This document shows positions 63,075 through 64,000 of a stretch of DNA of 64,000 nt, piece after piece (within the stretch, counting starts at the first letter, position 1; every line of letters starts with the position of its first letter). Position numbers and translations under genes: made by a program. The notes below the pieces were generated by a model. It worked only from the letters and a program-made list of their open reading frames with translations. It had not been told where the DNA came from and did not search any database. This DNA is from Antedon mediterranea (Eukaryota > Animalia > Echinodermata): positions 18,724,001 through 18,788,000 of the forward strand of contig NC_092671.1 in NCBI RefSeq assembly GCF_964355755.1, in the 5' to 3' direction.

Positions 63075-64000
63075 GTTCGACAAGTCATGTTAATCTACTA
63101 ATTAATTTTACTTGTCTCTGTGTTTAACAATCAACACCTTCTATTTGTTGTGTTCTTTGCTTGTTAGTACAATGTCAGAGCTTGAATGAAATTTAAAGAA
63201 AACTTCCAGCATGGCAGTAGAGTCAAGAAATAATATTTTGTTTAAACATTCCAACCTTAACTGTCTTTGTTTATGTGTTATCCTTACAAAAGTATACTGT
63301 GCTACACTCAAAATCTTCTATAGGCAGTCTTCATTCTTCTTTTATAATTTAGATAACACTTTTAGATCAAATTTAAATAAAAGAAAATGTATGAACTGTA
63401 ATTGTACAATACTATTAAAAAATAGAAATAATTCAAAATAATAGTCTTAGTATTAAGATTTAAATTTTTGATATTACTTTATCACTAAAGAGAGAGAGAC
63501 ATAATTATAAACTTTTGTATAATTAATTTTTCTTCATATATTGATTAAAGCCATAGAAACAATACATACATCAATGCATAAAACCATACCAGGAACAAAA
63601 ATTCTCTAGGACTTCATTACCATGTAATGTGAAGAGTTATGCTTATCTTCTGGTTTAAAAACTTTGAATCTGAAAACATAGATGTGATCTGAAATTATGA
63701 AAGGCCAGCTTCTATAATATTGTCTGATTTAAGAATAAACTTAAACAAAGATATAATAGTAACATGTTTTCCTTCTAGACATGTGGGATTTCATCAAATA
63801 TTTATGAAAGGAATGAACACTTCATAAACTTTCCCAGGCTTTAAGCATAAACTATAATTTATCTTTTGCTGGAAAAAGTTGTTCTTGTTTTTTTTATAGA
63901 CTTCTTCCTCCTTATAGTTTGTTGGTACCAAATTATCAATAAAATATTATGAAATTGCCCATTTTAACTGATATCTGTGTTTTGACTCTGCTTTAAGAAC

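Noticed and set aside
1-64000. Prokaryotic, phage or horizontally acquired system
   Set aside because: No long intronless ORFs or operon structure; recognisable coding signal is explained by three spliced animal genes and TE remnants

Overview
AT-rich, intron-rich animal genomic DNA, not prokaryotic. It is probably an invertebrate deuterostome such as an echinoderm (inferred from Deu/Nin-domain and CORE SINEs and protein similarity, not proven). Three protein-coding genes can be assembled by hand from GT-AG splice sites with consistent phases. (1) The first coding exon of ALG13 (minus, 261-359, continuing off the left edge). (2) A complete 4-coding-exon centromeric histone H3 variant, CENP-A/cenH3 (minus, 2535-6386, about 150 aa). 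(3) A talin gene (plus, ATG 14168; 47 constitutive coding exons to 61383 = 2140 codons, FERM head F0-F3 plus rod R1-R11; the 3' end lies beyond the window), divergent from CENP-A. Introns carry LINE fragments (CR1/L2-like, Rex1/Babar-like), tRNA-derived SINEs and non-autonomous DNA transposons (Kolobok-like, Tc2-like, pogo-like, Harbinger-like); a Helentron/DINE-1-like element lies between ALG13 and CENP-A. No CRISPR, rRNA or bona fide tRNA genes were seen. The most interesting signal is a set of frame-preserving candidate cassette exons/microexons in long talin rod introns. Two of them re-encode the peptide of the neighbouring constitutive exon, and there is also a recent partial exon duplication with a dead second donor. 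Together these suggest an undescribed alternative-splicing layer in the talin rod, but all of it needs RNA-seq confirmation.
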